Source: Acidobacteriota bacterium (GTDB lineage Bacteria > Acidobacteriota > Blastocatellia > Pyrinomonadales > Pyrinomonadaceae). From it: a stretch of 64,000 nucleotides of DNA. The stretch covers positions 130 to 64,129 of the forward strand of contig JAIVJG010000160.1 in the NCBI GenBank assembly GCA_020200155.1, in the 5' to 3' direction. Each line of letters starts with the position of its first letter. Positions within the stretch are counted from its first letter, which is position 1. Under the pieces are notes generated by a model. The model ran no database searches, was not told where the DNA came from, and saw only the letters and a list, made by a program, of their open reading frames with translations. Below, one piece after another: positions 53,961 to 64,000 of the stretch. Position numbers and translations under genes: made by a program.

Positions 53961-55451
53961 TCAATACTGGTTGCTGAGTTGCAACGAACGCAGTATGTCC
54001 GCGAATGTCCGCTGGTACGTGCCGTACTCGTCGCTAGGTGCGACGCCGGCCATGTAGAATAGGTCTCCGCTGCCGAGCATCGTCGTGATGATCGTCACTC
54101 TTTCGGTGCGCCCGGTAATGGGCGACCGTCCCATCAGGGTCGTCGCGAGCGCGTTGCGCCCGTTGACGGTGGTGCGCTGGAAACCGCCCGACTGTCGGAG
54201 ATAAGTATTACCCTGCGCCTGCAAGAGGTCGTTGACGTACTGCTGCGACGCGCGTTGCAAGTCCGAGTACTGCTCACGGTCTGTGCCGAACATGACGCCG
54301 TGCGTGATGCCCTGCGAGCCGTAAGCGCCCTCCGGGGCGTAGGACACGCTGTTGCCCTCGCTCCCCAACTGCCGCCAGTTCTCAGGGATGGCGACGCGGA
54401 ACAAGTTGTTGCCGTCGTTGCGATAGCGCGTCGAAGGATAGGCGACGCGCTCGCCGCGCCCGTAGCTATCGTCCTGCGGGTTGCGACCGTCGTTGGGATA
54501 GCGTCCATCATTGGGGTTGCGTCTGTCATTGGGATAGTTTCCCTGATTCGGATTCTGCTGGCCGCTGCGCGCGATCTCTTCCATCGAGCGTGCGCGCGGG
54601 AAGCCACGCAGACGCGCCTGCACGTCGCGGAACTGGCGCGTGTCCTGCGTCGCCGCGTTCGGGTTGACGCGCAGCATCGCCGCTTCCTGATTGATGCGCT
54701 CGTAACGATTGCCCGGATTCGGGTGGCTGCTCAGCCATTCAGGGCCGCCGCTGCCGCCGCCCTGCCGCTCAATCGTCCTGAACATATTTGCCAGGTCGCG
54801 CGGGTCGTAACCGGCGCGCGCCATGATCTGCGCGCCGAGGATGTCGGCCTGCGTCTCGTACTTGCGGCTGTACTTCAAAGCGCCCGCGCCGAAACCGATC
54901 TGGCTGCCCGCGCCGACGATGCCGCCGATGGGGCCGCCGATGACCGCGCCCGCGATCTGTCCGAGCACGGAACCGATCTGATATTTCTGCGTCTCGGTGG
55001 CCTGTGCCGTGGCGTGCCTGAGCGCGGCGTGGCTGATCTCGTGTGCCATCACGCCCGCCATCTCGCCCTCGTTGTGCGCCGCTTCGATCATGCCGCGATT
55101 AACGAACAGAGGGCCGCCCGGCAGCGCGAAGGCGTTGATGTCGCGCGCGTCAACCACGTCGAACGAGTAGCGGAACTCCGGGTGCTGAAACTCCGACGGG
55201 ATGGCCGAGACGAGGCGGCTCCCGACGGAGTTGACGTAACTGCGAATCCCCTCGTCGCGCAGCATCGGCATCTGCTGATATACCTGTTGGGCGGCTTGCT
55301 GGCCGGCCTTCACGTCGTCCTGCACATTATACTTATTGCGCGGGGCTTCGATCCGCGTCTGCCCCAGAGCGGCGAGCGGCATCACCAGAATTGCCAGAGC
55401 CATGAGCCACGCTGTCAGACGATGCGCGCGACGGTTGTTAATATTCGTCAT
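53961..55451 (-). CDS. Secreted M48-family zinc metallopeptidase with low-complexity central region
   Basis: ATG 55451 has GGAGGGG upstream. It has a signal/TM segment, HEISHAALRH (HExxH), and RNPNDGRYPNDGRNPQDD repeats. Confidence 0.85.
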   Translation of the reverse strand: MTNINNRRAHRLTAWLMALAILVMPLAALGQTRIEAPRNKYNVQDDVKAGQQAAQQVYQQMPMLRDEGIRSYVNSVGSRLVSAIPSEFQHPEFRYSFDVVDARDINAFALPGGPLFVNRGMIEAAHNEGEMAGVMAHEISHAALRHATAQATETQKYQIGSVLGQIAGAVIGGPIGGIVGAGSQIGFGAGALKYSRKYETQADILGAQIMARAGYDPRDLANMFRTIERQGGGSGGPEWLSSHPNPGNRYERINQEAAMLRVNPNAATQDTRQFRDVQARLRGFPRARSMEEIARSGQQNPNQGNYPNDRRNPNDGRYPNDGRNPQDDSYGRGERVAYPSTRYRNDGNNLFRVAIPENWRQLGSEGNSVSYAPEGAYGSQGITHGVMFGTDREQYSDLQRASQQYVNDLLQAQGNTYLRQSGGFQRTTVNGRNALATTLMGRSPITGRTERVTIITTMLGSGDLFYMAGVAPSDEYGTYQRTFADILRSLQLSNQY

Positions 55452-55732
55452 GTCAATCCCCTCCACTGATAAGCGCGCTCAAACAGGAGCGCGTTAAAGT
55501 TAATTCGTAAAATCGAAAAGCGACACGAGGCCGCAGCGTCAGCCGGAGGTCGTGTCGCTTAAAATCGAAGCTCCTCTTCCCTCCGATTAATTCTCGACGT
55601 AAACGGCCACTCAAAGGCGCGTAGAGGGAGAGAGCGTCTAACTTCTTTCGCCGGAACGCGAACGCCATTTTCGGCGGCGCGTCTCAAGGCAAACCTTAAG
55701 ATGACTTTCAGCACACTGTGGTTGGCCTCTAA

Positions 55733-58057
55733 CTATCGCACGCGCCTCCTCGGTCTTCTCCCTGTTCTTCTGCGAGGTCTGACGTTTTCGTTGCGATTCG
55801 GTTTCAAAGGCTCGACAACGGCCCCGTTGCCGTCGAAGCGCACAGTCGCGCCCGTCGGCGGACGCGGAATTGAGACGGCGATGAAAGGCGAGGTGATGAC
55901 CTGCGCTGTAATAAGTCCAGACGCCGGACGCCGCTCGTTGACACTTACAGCAAGCACAGTGCCAACGCGCTTTATCCCTGTAATCTCGACTCCGTAGCCC
56001 GCCGTGCGTTGCTCTCCCTGATACACAATGACGACGGCGCGCGTATTGAAGTTGACCTCCGGCAAGCCAGCCGTGCCCGGCCCCGTCGCGCCGATGCTGC
56101 CCCACGCACGCCGCCAGTCTGCCTCGTTAGTAATCAACTCGACGGCGCGCGTGCCCTCGTAGCGGCTCATCGTACCTGTCGCCAGCACGGAGAAATCCAC
56201 CGGCCTCGCTTCTTCCGCCGTCGGGGCGCTCGCCGCCGTCTCACTCCCACGCGAGTTGCCTTCATCACCGAGCATCGCCATACGCAGGATGCGTATAGGC
56301 GGCATGCCGTAGCTGAGCAGGCGGTCGTGAAAGTCTCCGAGACGGAAGGAGTCGCCCATGCGCGCGCGCCACTCTTCACGCAGGCGAAGGATTTCCATTT
56401 TGCCGAGCGTGTAGACGAGATACGTCGGGTCAAGCGTCCCGCGCCGCGCTTCGCGCTCGGCGTTCGTGCGCGCGAGATAGCCTTCGCGCATGAAAAATTC
56501 TACCGCCTCGTCGTAAGTCATCCCAGCCGTGTGCAGGCGTATGCCGACGAGGTAGCGACACAGGCGCAGGAGTGCCGCATTCAACTGCGCGAGACGGAGC
56601 TTCGGGTTGTTGCCGCCGAAACCTTCGTCGAGCATCATCTGCTCGCAGTAGTGCGCCCAGCCCTCTATGAAGCTAGACGCACCGAGCGCCGCACGCACGC
56701 GCGAAGGCTGCGACTGCTTCAGCTTGAGCAGTTGATAGTAGTGGCCCGGATACGCCTCGTGGATGGAAGTGATGGTGAGCGAGTAGCGGTTGTAGTGTCC
56801 GAGGTGCTCTTCCCTCTGCTGCGCGCTCCAGGAGGGGTCGGGCGGCGTCACGTAATAATAAGCTTCGGTGGCGACGCGCTCGAACGCGCCCGGCCCGTCC
56901 AGAGAGGCGAAGCTGAGCGAACGCGCGTACTCCGGCGTTTCGGCGACCGACAGATTTTCACGCGCGGGCGTGGTCAGGATTTCTTCTGTGCGGACGAAGG
57001 CGCGGATGCGGTCGAGTTCGGCGCGCGTTTCGCCGACGAGGCCGTCCGCCGCCGGGTGCTCGCGTTCGAGCAACTGCAACGCGCCGCTCACGCCCCTGCC
57101 CGGCGCGACTTCCTCCGCCAGCGTCCGCATCTCGTCCTGCGTGCGGCGCAATTCGCGCTCGCCGTCGCGCACGAGCGCGGGCGGCGGCGTGTCCACCATC
57201 TCCTCGTAGAGAAGTTTCCTGCGGTAGTTCTCCGCGCCGATGGCGAAATCGCCGTTCGAGCGCGGCAGCAGATCACGCTCAAGCCACTCGACGAAGGAGC
57301 GTAGCGCGGCGACGACGTCGTCGTTCGTCGCGGCGAACTCCGCGCGGCGCGCGGCGCTCAGACGCCCCCCGCCCGCGCGCTCGAACATCTGCGGCACGAT
57401 GCGCTCGAAGAACTCGACGCTGCCGCGCGCCTGCCTAATCGCCGTCTCGGTGTAGATGCGCGGCGGCGTCTGCAAATTCTCGCGTGCCTCCGCGAGCAGC
57501 CTCCCCGTCTGACGCTCACGCGCGAGCACCGCGTCCAGACGCTGCTCGACGGGCGCGTAGTTGCGCTTCAATACGTTGTCAACGGCGGCGGCGGCGAGGT
57601 TGTTATAGACGTTCGGGTCGCGCTGCCACATCCGCACGTCTTCGAGTTCGAGCAGGCGCGCGCGCGCGTGCGACTGCAATACGAGATAATCGTAACGCGC
57701 TTCGGGCGCAAGCCTCCATTCAGGCACGCGCGCGAGTTCGGCGAGCACAGCACGCAGACGGCTCACTTCGCGGCTCACGGCTTCGCGGCTGCGCGGTTCG
57801 AGTTGCGCGTCGTATTCGTGAAGTCCAGCCGCCGTCGCTTCAGTGGGGTTGAAGGCGTAGTGCCCGCGCAGGTATGCGTCCGCGATGGCGTTGAGACGCG
57901 CGCCCGTATCACTCGTCGCCGGTGCGACGCGCGCGGGTGTGCGTCGCGCACGGCGTCGCTGCGCGGAAACCGTCGCGCAGGTAACGAGCGGGAGAGATGC
58001 CGAGAGCATCACGAGCGCAAGAAGCGGCGCGAAAAGATTCCTTCTCAAGAGGGTCAT
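55733..58057 (-). CDS. DUF885-family protein fused to C-terminal PrcB-like domain
   Basis: Signal MTLLRRNLFAPLLALVMLSASLP; DUF885-like core (..SIHEAYPGHYYQL..IEGWAHYCEQMM..); C-terminal ..AVVIVYQGEQRTAGYGVEITGIKRVG..ITAQVITSPFIAVSIPR. Confidence 0.8.
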   Translation of the reverse strand: MTLLRRNLFAPLLALVMLSASLPLVTCATVSAQRRRARRTPARVAPATSDTGARLNAIADAYLRGHYAFNPTEATAAGLHEYDAQLEPRSREAVSREVSRLRAVLAELARVPEWRLAPEARYDYLVLQSHARARLLELEDVRMWQRDPNVYNNLAAAAVDNVLKRNYAPVEQRLDAVLARERQTGRLLAEARENLQTPPRIYTETAIRQARGSVEFFERIVPQMFERAGGGRLSAARRAEFAATNDDVVAALRSFVEWLERDLLPRSNGDFAIGAENYRRKLLYEEMVDTPPPALVRDGERELRRTQDEMRTLAEEVAPGRGVSGALQLLEREHPAADGLVGETRAELDRIRAFVRTEEILTTPARENLSVAETPEYARSLSFASLDGPGAFERVATEAYYYVTPPDPSWSAQQREEHLGHYNRYSLTITSIHEAYPGHYYQLLKLKQSQPSRVRAALGASSFIEGWAHYCEQMMLDEGFGGNNPKLRLAQLNAALLRLCRYLVGIRLHTAGMTYDEAVEFFMREGYLARTNAEREARRGTLDPTYLVYTLGKMEILRLREEWRARMGDSFRLGDFHDRLLSYGMPPIRILRMAMLGDEGNSRGSETAASAPTAEEARPVDFSVLATGTMSRYEGTRAVELITNEADWRRAWGSIGATGPGTAGLPEVNFNTRAVVIVYQGEQRTAGYGVEITGIKRVGTVLAVSVNERRPASGLITAQVITSPFIAVSIPRPPTGATVRFDGNGAVVEPLKPNRNENVRPRRRTGRRPRRRVR

Positions 58058-58190
58058 AAAGATTAAATGTGGAGAACGCGTCGTCAAAGAAGAGAAACGA
58101 ACCGGGTAGGAGATTAGCACAAATCAGCCGGCGGACTGAGGGTGAATTGTGAGATGGGACAGGCAGTCCGAACAGATGGGAATGCTCGTC

Positions 58191-58700
58191 CTATTGTTTC
58201 ACCGGCTCGATTTTCTGGTTGACCCAACTTGTCGCCTCGTCGAGCGGCGCGATGTGGTGGGGTCTTCCCTGCCAGACGCGCCACATCGAGACGACGAGGA
58301 AGATGAAACCGGCGAGCTTGAACATGAAGCTGCCGAAGCCGCTGCCGGTGATTAGCGCGACAAGGCCGAAAAGAAACTGGATGGCGAGGATCGTCGCGTA
58401 CAGGGCCAGACCCTGCGCGGCGTGGAAGCGCGTCCGCGTCTCGTGGCGCGGCACGGTCAGCAACTCGACGACGGACGCGACGACGCCGATGTAGAACGGC
58501 GCGTAAGGCAGCACGTTGGCGATGTTCTCCGGTATTCCGAGCCTCGCGACGGGGCGCGACGAAGGCCGCGCGTCGGGGTTGTAGGTTGAAGAAGGGCCGG
58601 GCGTGGGCGTCGTCGTGGCGGGGTATCGTACTTGCTTCTCTTTTCCGACATAAACTCTTCTACGAAATGACGCGCCTTCGAGTTCGCATCCCGCTCGCAC
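58191..58700 (-). CDS. DUF4870-like membrane protein
   Basis: ENIANVLPYAPFYIGVVASVVELL..RFHAAQGLALYATILAIQFLF. The start is uncertain and is taken as GTG 58700, 12 nt after the upstream stop. Confidence 0.6.
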   Translation of the reverse strand: MRAGCELEGASFRRRVYVGKEKQVRYPATTTPTPGPSSTYNPDARPSSRPVARLGIPENIANVLPYAPFYIGVVASVVELLTVPRHETRTRFHAAQGLALYATILAIQFLFGLVALITGSGFGSFMFKLAGFIFLVVSMWRVWQGRPHHIAPLDEATSWVNQKIEPVKQ

Positions 58701-58711
58701 TATCTTTTTGC

Positions 58712-59155
58712 CTAATCCTCCGTCAAGACGAACTCGGCGCGCTCCCAGCGTCCACATTCGTCGAACGGTTGTTCCTTGAAGATGCGAAAGGCGCGCAACA
58801 CGCATTCGCCCGCGCCGTCAAAGCCGATGATAAAATACACCGCCTCCGTGTAATACGCGACACGGATGTCGGTCGCCGAAGGCGTGGGGTCTGCTTCCGC
58901 CGGGTGCGAGTGGTAAATGCCTTGCAGTCGCTCGCCGCGCTCTCGCATCAACCTCTGCGCGCGGGTCAGGTCTTCGTGCGCCGCCTCGAAACGAACGCGC
59001 GGGTCGTCGGCGATGTTACGCATCGGGTAGAGACTTTCGGCCACGACCCCACGCCCCCCGATCTCACCGCAACACTCAGACGGACTCTCCTCGCGCGCGT
59101 GCGCGTACATCGCCTCGACCATTGAACGGCGGACAAGCGTGGTCTCTGAAGTCAT
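58712..59155 (-). CDS. MPN/JAMM-family metalloprotease-like protein
   Basis: ECCGEIGG...HSHPAEADPTPSATD (JAMM motif E..HxHx7Sx2D). Confidence 0.8.
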   Translation of the reverse strand: MTSETTLVRRSMVEAMYAHAREESPSECCGEIGGRGVVAESLYPMRNIADDPRVRFEAAHEDLTRAQRLMRERGERLQGIYHSHPAEADPTPSATDIRVAYYTEAVYFIIGFDGAGECVLRAFRIFKEQPFDECGRWERAEFVLTED

Positions 59156-59177
59156 GCGCCTACGCCCCGGCTGAATT

Positions 59178-60986
59178 CTAATCTTCGACGATCTTGATGC
59201 GCAGTTCTTCCAACTGCTGCGGGTCAAGCTCGCCGGGCGCATCAATCATCAAATCGGCAGCCGAGGCCGTCTTCGGGAAGGCCATCACGTCGCGTATGTT
59301 TTCGGTGCCCGTGAGCGCCATCATCAGTCGTTCGATGCCGGAGGCGATGCCACCGTGCGGCGGCGTGCCGTATTCGAGGGCGTCGAGGAAGAAACCGAAG
59401 CGCGCACGCGCCTTCTCTTCCGTCACGCCGAGCGCCTTGAAGACGAGTCGCTGCACGTCTCGCCGGTGAATACGAATCGAGCCGCCCGCGACCTCGATGC
59501 CGTTGACGACCGTGTCGTAAGCCTTAGCGCGCAGGCCAGCGAGCAATTCCGTCTCGCCGCCCTCGACGGCGCGCTCGAAGAGAGGCAAGTCATCGTCGAG
59601 CGGCGAGGTGAAAGGGTGATGCATCGCGTAGAAGCGCCCGTCGTCCTCGTGATACTCGAACATCGGAAACTCCGTCACCCACAGAGGCGCGTAGACGTTG
59701 CCGGGGATTAACTTCTCGCGACGTGCGACCTCGTTACGGAGCGCACCGAGGCTCGCCGCGACTGTCTTCGATTTACCGGCGACGATCAATACTGCATCGC
59801 CGCGCGCGGCTCCGGCAGTTGCAGCCACGCGCGAGATTGTTTCCTCGCCGAGAACCTTTAACAGAGACGATGAAAGCTCGTCGCCGAGCTTGATCCACCC
59901 AAGCGCGCCCGCGCCGTAGCGTTTCGCGTGCTCCTGCAATTCATCCAGCACCTTGCGAGAGAGCACTGCGCCGCCCTTGACGGTCAAGCCCTTCACCTCG
60001 CCGCCCGCTTCGAGCGCCGAAGCGAATGGCGCGAAGGTTGTGCCTTCAAGCGCGTGCGAGAGGTCTTGGAGTTCCATCCCGAAACGCAAATCCGGCTTGT
60101 CGCTGCCGTAACGACTCAACGCTTCGACGTAGGTCATGCGCGGGAAAGGCACTGGCAGTTCCGCGCCGGCGAGTCGGAAGACGCGAGCCAACAGCCCCTC
60201 GACCAATTTGTAAACCTGTTCGGGCGTGGCGAAGCTGAACTCCACGTCCAACTGTGAGAACTCAGGCTGGCGGTCTGCGCGCAAATCTTCGTCGCGAAAG
60301 CAGCGCGCGATCTGGTAGTACTTGTCGAGGCCGGCGATCATGCAAATCTGTTTGAAAATCTGCGGCGACTGCGGGAGCGCATAAAACCTGCCCGCGTGGA
60401 GGCGCGAAGGCACGACGTAATCACGCGCGCCCTCCGGCGTTGACTTGATGAGGATCGGTGTCTCGATCTCCGTAAAATCCTGCTCGTCCATGTAGCGGTG
60501 AATCTCGCCGACGACGCGCGCGCGCAGTCTTAAATTCGCCTGCAACTGCGGGCGGCGCAAATCCAGATAGCGAAACTTCAGACGCACATCTTCGCTCGCC
60601 AGCTTCTCCGGCGAAGAGACTTCAAGCTGAAAGGGCGGCGTGCGTGCTTCATTCAGAATCCAGATTTCGCGCGCCTGCACTTCAACCTCTCCCGTAGAGA
60701 GTTTCGGGTTACGCTGCCCTTCCGCGCGCAGCACAACCTCCCCGCGCACGGCGATGACATACTCGCCGCGCACTTCTTTAGCACGCGCGTGCGCTTCGGG
60801 CGCATCCTCCGCGTCGAAGACGATCTGCGTCACGCCGTCGCGGTCGCGCAAATCAAAAAACGTCAGCGGCCCGAAGTCGCGCCGCACGGCCACCCAGCCC
60901 ATCAACGTCACGCTCTCTCCGACATCTTCCGCGCGCAGAGCGCCGCACGAATGCGAGCGCTCTAAATCTCCGAGATTATCTAACAT
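59178..60986 (-). CDS. aspS: Aspartate--tRNA ligase
   Basis: 602 aa with class II motifs (..FRDEDLRADRQPEFSQLD.., ..GGIASGIERL..). Confidence 0.95.
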   Translation of the reverse strand: MLDNLGDLERSHSCGALRAEDVGESVTLMGWVAVRRDFGPLTFFDLRDRDGVTQIVFDAEDAPEAHARAKEVRGEYVIAVRGEVVLRAEGQRNPKLSTGEVEVQAREIWILNEARTPPFQLEVSSPEKLASEDVRLKFRYLDLRRPQLQANLRLRARVVGEIHRYMDEQDFTEIETPILIKSTPEGARDYVVPSRLHAGRFYALPQSPQIFKQICMIAGLDKYYQIARCFRDEDLRADRQPEFSQLDVEFSFATPEQVYKLVEGLLARVFRLAGAELPVPFPRMTYVEALSRYGSDKPDLRFGMELQDLSHALEGTTFAPFASALEAGGEVKGLTVKGGAVLSRKVLDELQEHAKRYGAGALGWIKLGDELSSSLLKVLGEETISRVAATAGAARGDAVLIVAGKSKTVAASLGALRNEVARREKLIPGNVYAPLWVTEFPMFEYHEDDGRFYAMHHPFTSPLDDDLPLFERAVEGGETELLAGLRAKAYDTVVNGIEVAGGSIRIHRRDVQRLVFKALGVTEEKARARFGFFLDALEYGTPPHGGIASGIERLMMALTGTENIRDVMAFPKTASAADLMIDAPGELDPQQLEELRIKIVED

Positions 60987-61015
60987 AGTTAAAGCTTCTT
61001 GGCTTCAGAGCTTCT

Positions 61016-62416
61016 TTAGCGCTCATCAACGTTAAGTTTTTTGCGGACTGCTGCGGCCAGACACTTAAGCGATATTTCTTCCTGCTCGTGAGAACGCAAG
61101 TCTCTTAGCGAAACCTTGCTGCTTTCCCGTTCTCTTGAGCCAATAACCACAAGCAATGGAATCCGCCGCGCCTCTGCATAACCAAACCAAGCCCCAAGCT
61201 TGGCTTCTGGATAAACATCTACTCGGAATCCGCTATCACGCAATTCATGCGCGACCTCCAAAGAATGGCTAACAGATTCTTGGTCTAGCGTTCCAATTAA
61301 CACATCGGCTGCGGATGCAACTACAACAGAGGGGAACATCTCGCGTTGGGTCATGACATAGATAATGCGTTCAAGGCCAAGCGAGAAACCGCAAGCCGGA
61401 ATGTCACGCTTTGAAAACATCCCGATCAAGTTATCGTAACGCCCGCCGCCGCCGAGACTGCCCACGAGATCGGGCACGCTGATCTCCATAATCGCGCCCG
61501 TGTAATAAGAAAGCCCGCGCGCGAGGCTCGGATCAATCTTGATTCTACTTTGGCTTCCGCCAGCCGCCGAGAATTTGATAATTTTCCGCAACTCATCAAC
61601 GCCGCGCGCACCCACTTCGTTCTCGCCGATGAATTCGACGAGGCGTCCGAGCACTGCGCTGTTGAAAGCTGCCTTCTCGTCCGTCTTGCTCTCATCAACA
61701 ACAAACTCCGCCGCGCGTTCGAGTGCCGTCAGATTCTCGAAGAACGAGAGAAGCATTTCGCCGCTCTCCACCAACATGCCTCTTTCAGCAAACTCTTTCG
61801 CCACACCCTCGCGCCCGATTTTATCTAACTTGTCGAGCGCGACGAGCGCGTCCGCGTGCTTCTCAGGCGTGACGCCCGCCGCATCGAGCATTCCTGCGAG
61901 CACCTGCCTGTGATTGAGGCGGATTGTGAAATTGTTGAAGCTGAGTTTCGTCAAAGCCTCGCCCGCCGCCGCGCACAACTCCGCTTCGACAATGTTCGAG
62001 CGTGTGCCAATGACATCAACGTCGCATTGATAAAATTCCCGAAAGCGTCCACGCGCGGGACGGTCTGCGCGCCAGACGGGTTGAATCTGGTAACGCTTGA
62101 AGAACTTCGGGAGCTTTTCTCCGTACTCCGCGACGACGCGCGCCAGTGGAACAGTTAAATCATAACGCAGCGCGAGGTCTGCTTCGCCCGTCTTCTCGTG
62201 TTCGCCGCGCTTGAGGATTTTGAAGATGAGTTGGTTGCCCTCTTCGCCGTACTTCCCCAGAAGCGTCTCGATGTTCTCGACGGCGGGCGTCTCCAACGGC
62301 TCGAAGCCGTAACGCTCGTACACTTCCTTAACGACGCCGATGACATACTCGCGCCGCCGCACGTCCGAGGGTAAAAAGTCGCGCATCCCGCGCGCTGGCT
62401 GTGTCTTACTTCCCAT
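61016..62416 (-). CDS. hisS: Histidine--tRNA ligase
   Basis: 466 aa with ..ARGMRDFLP.., ..RYQIQPVWRADRPARGRFREFYQCD.., ..ARGLSYYTGAIMEI... Confidence 0.93.
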   Translation of the reverse strand: MGSKTQPARGMRDFLPSDVRRREYVIGVVKEVYERYGFEPLETPAVENIETLLGKYGEEGNQLIFKILKRGEHEKTGEADLALRYDLTVPLARVVAEYGEKLPKFFKRYQIQPVWRADRPARGRFREFYQCDVDVIGTRSNIVEAELCAAAGEALTKLSFNNFTIRLNHRQVLAGMLDAAGVTPEKHADALVALDKLDKIGREGVAKEFAERGMLVESGEMLLSFFENLTALERAAEFVVDESKTDEKAAFNSAVLGRLVEFIGENEVGARGVDELRKIIKFSAAGGSQSRIKIDPSLARGLSYYTGAIMEISVPDLVGSLGGGGRYDNLIGMFSKRDIPACGFSLGLERIIYVMTQREMFPSVVVASAADVLIGTLDQESVSHSLEVAHELRDSGFRVDVYPEAKLGAWFGYAEARRIPLLVVIGSRERESSKVSLRDLRSHEQEEISLKCLAAAVRKKLNVDER

Positions 62417-62468
62417 GACCTTTACGGGTGGCGAAACTCACCGGCGTTTAATTCAGAGCTTGCCGCCA

Positions 62469-63221
62469 TTATTTGAAAACCGAAAAGCCTGCGTAAAAGA
62501 CGAACTGGTTGAGACCCCGGTTTGAACCGGCGCGGTTTCCGTTCGAGATATGATGTAGCCGGACGCCGAGACTGACGGCGCGTCGCTCCGAGGTGAAGAC
62601 GCGGACGCCGCCGCCGCCTTCGAGCACGTAGACGAACCTTGTGTCGTCGGGCAGCGGAACACGTTTCGTGAAGAGAAGCCCGCCGGCGTTGACGTGTACG
62701 AACGGGTGCACACGTGCGCCGTTCGCGAAGTCGAGTTGCAAGCCGAGCGGCGTCAGGCCGAAGCCGTAAGTGGACTCGCGCCGGGCGGTGACGAGCGCGC
62801 CGTCGGGCGTCGCCCTCGTCGCGGAGGTGATGTTGCCGAACGCCACTGCGAGCGGAATCGCATCGAGCGTGTATTGCAGGGCGACGCTTTTGTTCGCGGC
62901 GAGCGTCCGTCCGTAGCGGAAGGCGGCGATGGCAAATTTTCTGTCGCGCGCCTCGTCTTCGTGCAGGCCGCTAAAGACTGTCGTCGCACTGAAGGCTCCG
63001 CCGCCCCACACACCGAACTCGTTCGTGCCGCGTTTGAGCGTGTAAGGCTCATCCACGCCTGCGGACTGCGGCGCGGGCGACGCCGTAGCCGTTCCAGGCG
63101 AACCTGATGCTGCCGTTGTCCCGCCGCCCACGGTCTGCGCCGCGCACGCACATGCGCACGCCAGCATGACCCACAAAACAAAAACCCAACGCACGTTTTT
63201 ACGCATATGTTTTCTCTTCAC
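62469..63221 (-). CDS. Outer-membrane acyloxyacyl hydrolase (PagL-like lipid A deacylase family)
   Basis: Signal peptide, beta-barrel pattern, a C-terminal HHISNG catalytic-type motif, and a terminal ..AGFSVFK. Confidence 0.7.
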   Translation of the reverse strand: MKRKHMRKNVRWVFVLWVMLACACACAAQTVGGGTTAASGSPGTATASPAPQSAGVDEPYTLKRGTNEFGVWGGGAFSATTVFSGLHEDEARDRKFAIAAFRYGRTLAANKSVALQYTLDAIPLAVAFGNITSATRATPDGALVTARRESTYGFGLTPLGLQLDFANGARVHPFVHVNAGGLLFTKRVPLPDDTRFVYVLEGGGGVRVFTSERRAVSLGVRLHHISNGNRAGSNRGLNQFVFYAGFSVFK

Positions 63222-63251
63222 CGTCCTTCTCTTTATTATTTGGTCTGAACT

Positions 63252-63767
63252 TTAACCACGTTCCGAGAGGTACTGCCGCGTATATTCGATATAATTTCGC
63301 CAGTAAACGTCGAGGCCGGCGATCTCTTCATCCGTCAGCCTGCGTTTCACTTTCGCAGGCGTGCCGATGACGAGTGAGTTCGGCGGGACGACTGTGCCGG
63401 GCGAGACGAGCGCGCCCGCCGCGATGAGAGACTTCTCGCCGATACGCGCGTCGTCCATCACGATGCTGCCCATGCCAATCAGGCAGCCGCGCTCGACGTG
63501 GCAGCCATGCAGCGTGACGTTGTGGCCGACGGTCACTTCGTCTTCGAGGATGGTCGCATGCGTGCCGTTCGAGACGTGTATGACTGTGCCGTCCTGTACG
63601 TTCGTCCGCGCGCCGATGCGTATGTGGAACACGTCGCCGCGCACGACGGCGTTGAACCAGACGGATGATTGCTCGCCGATGATCACGTCGCCGATGATTT
63701 GCGCGCTCTCCTCTATGAACGCCGTAGGATGTATCTGCGGATGCTTGCTGCGGAAAGGTCTAATCAT
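63252..63767 (-). CDS. Gamma-class carbonic anhydrase / left-handed beta-helix (LbH) family protein
   Basis: 171 aa with hexapeptide repeats and the typical N-terminus ..IHPTAFIEESAQIIGDVIIGEQSSVWFNAVVRGDV... Confidence 0.88.
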   Translation of the reverse strand: MIRPFRSKHPQIHPTAFIEESAQIIGDVIIGEQSSVWFNAVVRGDVFHIRIGARTNVQDGTVIHVSNGTHATILEDEVTVGHNVTLHGCHVERGCLIGMGSIVMDDARIGEKSLIAAGALVSPGTVVPPNSLVIGTPAKVKRRLTDEEIAGLDVYWRNYIEYTRQYLSERG

Positions 63768-64000
63768 CTTCGCTACACACGATAAGTAAAACGGTTTGAT
63801 TTACCGCCACCTGATGAAAGCAAAAACGGTAACACGCGGACGTGCAGGGGGCAAGCAGGACGAGGTCGTGTCGTTGCTCAGGCGTTTGACTTGGATGGAA
63901 TAAACAACGACAGTTGCGTGCGCCGGGGTAATGCGGAAACGGAAGTCGAAGTGGTATCTTATCGCGGCTTACTTAAGATGCACTGGCCGGCCCTGTGTAC

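Noticed and set aside
55545-55562. 12-nt identity (GAGGTCGTGTCG) between the hairpin at about 55535-55565 and 63861-63872
   Set aside because: Matches of this length are expected many times by chance in 64 kb of biased composition.
1-64000. Mobile elements, prophage, rRNA/tRNA genes
   Set aside because: I recognised no transposase, integrase, phage structural genes, rRNA signature or cloverleaf-compatible sequence anywhere in the window.

Overview
High-GC (roughly 60-65% by eye) bacterial chromosomal segment. The gene content points to Acidobacteriota, but this is inference only: CarboxypepD_reg/TonB-type giant outer-membrane protein, paired secreted VWA proteins, and a T2SS/T4P-like cluster whose secretin has TPR and cohesin-like domains. 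About 60 protein genes are supportable. The housekeeping core is rplM-rpsI-rpsB-tsf-pyrH-frr, aspS, hisS, ribF, mazG, malic enzyme, corA and a partial cysteine synthase. Envelope functions are an ECF sigma/anti-sigma pair, TlpA- and DsbA-type thioredoxins, two M48 peptidases, a PagL-like protein and a gspF-gspE-secretin-pseudopilin-pseudopilin-pilM-like cluster. There is also a two-component system, a desaturase and an ABC1 kinase. I found no rRNA, tRNA, CRISPR array, transposase or integrase. Six things stand out. (1) At least 10 intergenic or gene-terminal palindromes have arms built from tandem 7-nt words; the word sequence differs between copies but the architecture is shared. (2) A lower-GC accessory islet (about 2.06-5.5 kb) holds a DpnI-like methyl-directed restriction enzyme, a frameshifted small-gene pair and a phased 21-bp (42-bp super-period) repeat array. 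(3) An orphan 1043-aa BrxC/PglY-like P-loop ATPase has coding-like upstream sequence with no canonical start. (4) A soluble MgtE_N+CBS protein is translationally coupled to an NRAMP homolog with non-canonical metal-site motifs, next to corA. (5) The secretin carries a C-terminal cohesin-like module. (6) Several smaller anomalies: a receiver domain with Asn at the phospho-acceptor position, a VWA gene without a canonical start, and a possible leaderless histidine kinase. All family names come from motif recognition by eye and need HMM/BLAST confirmation.
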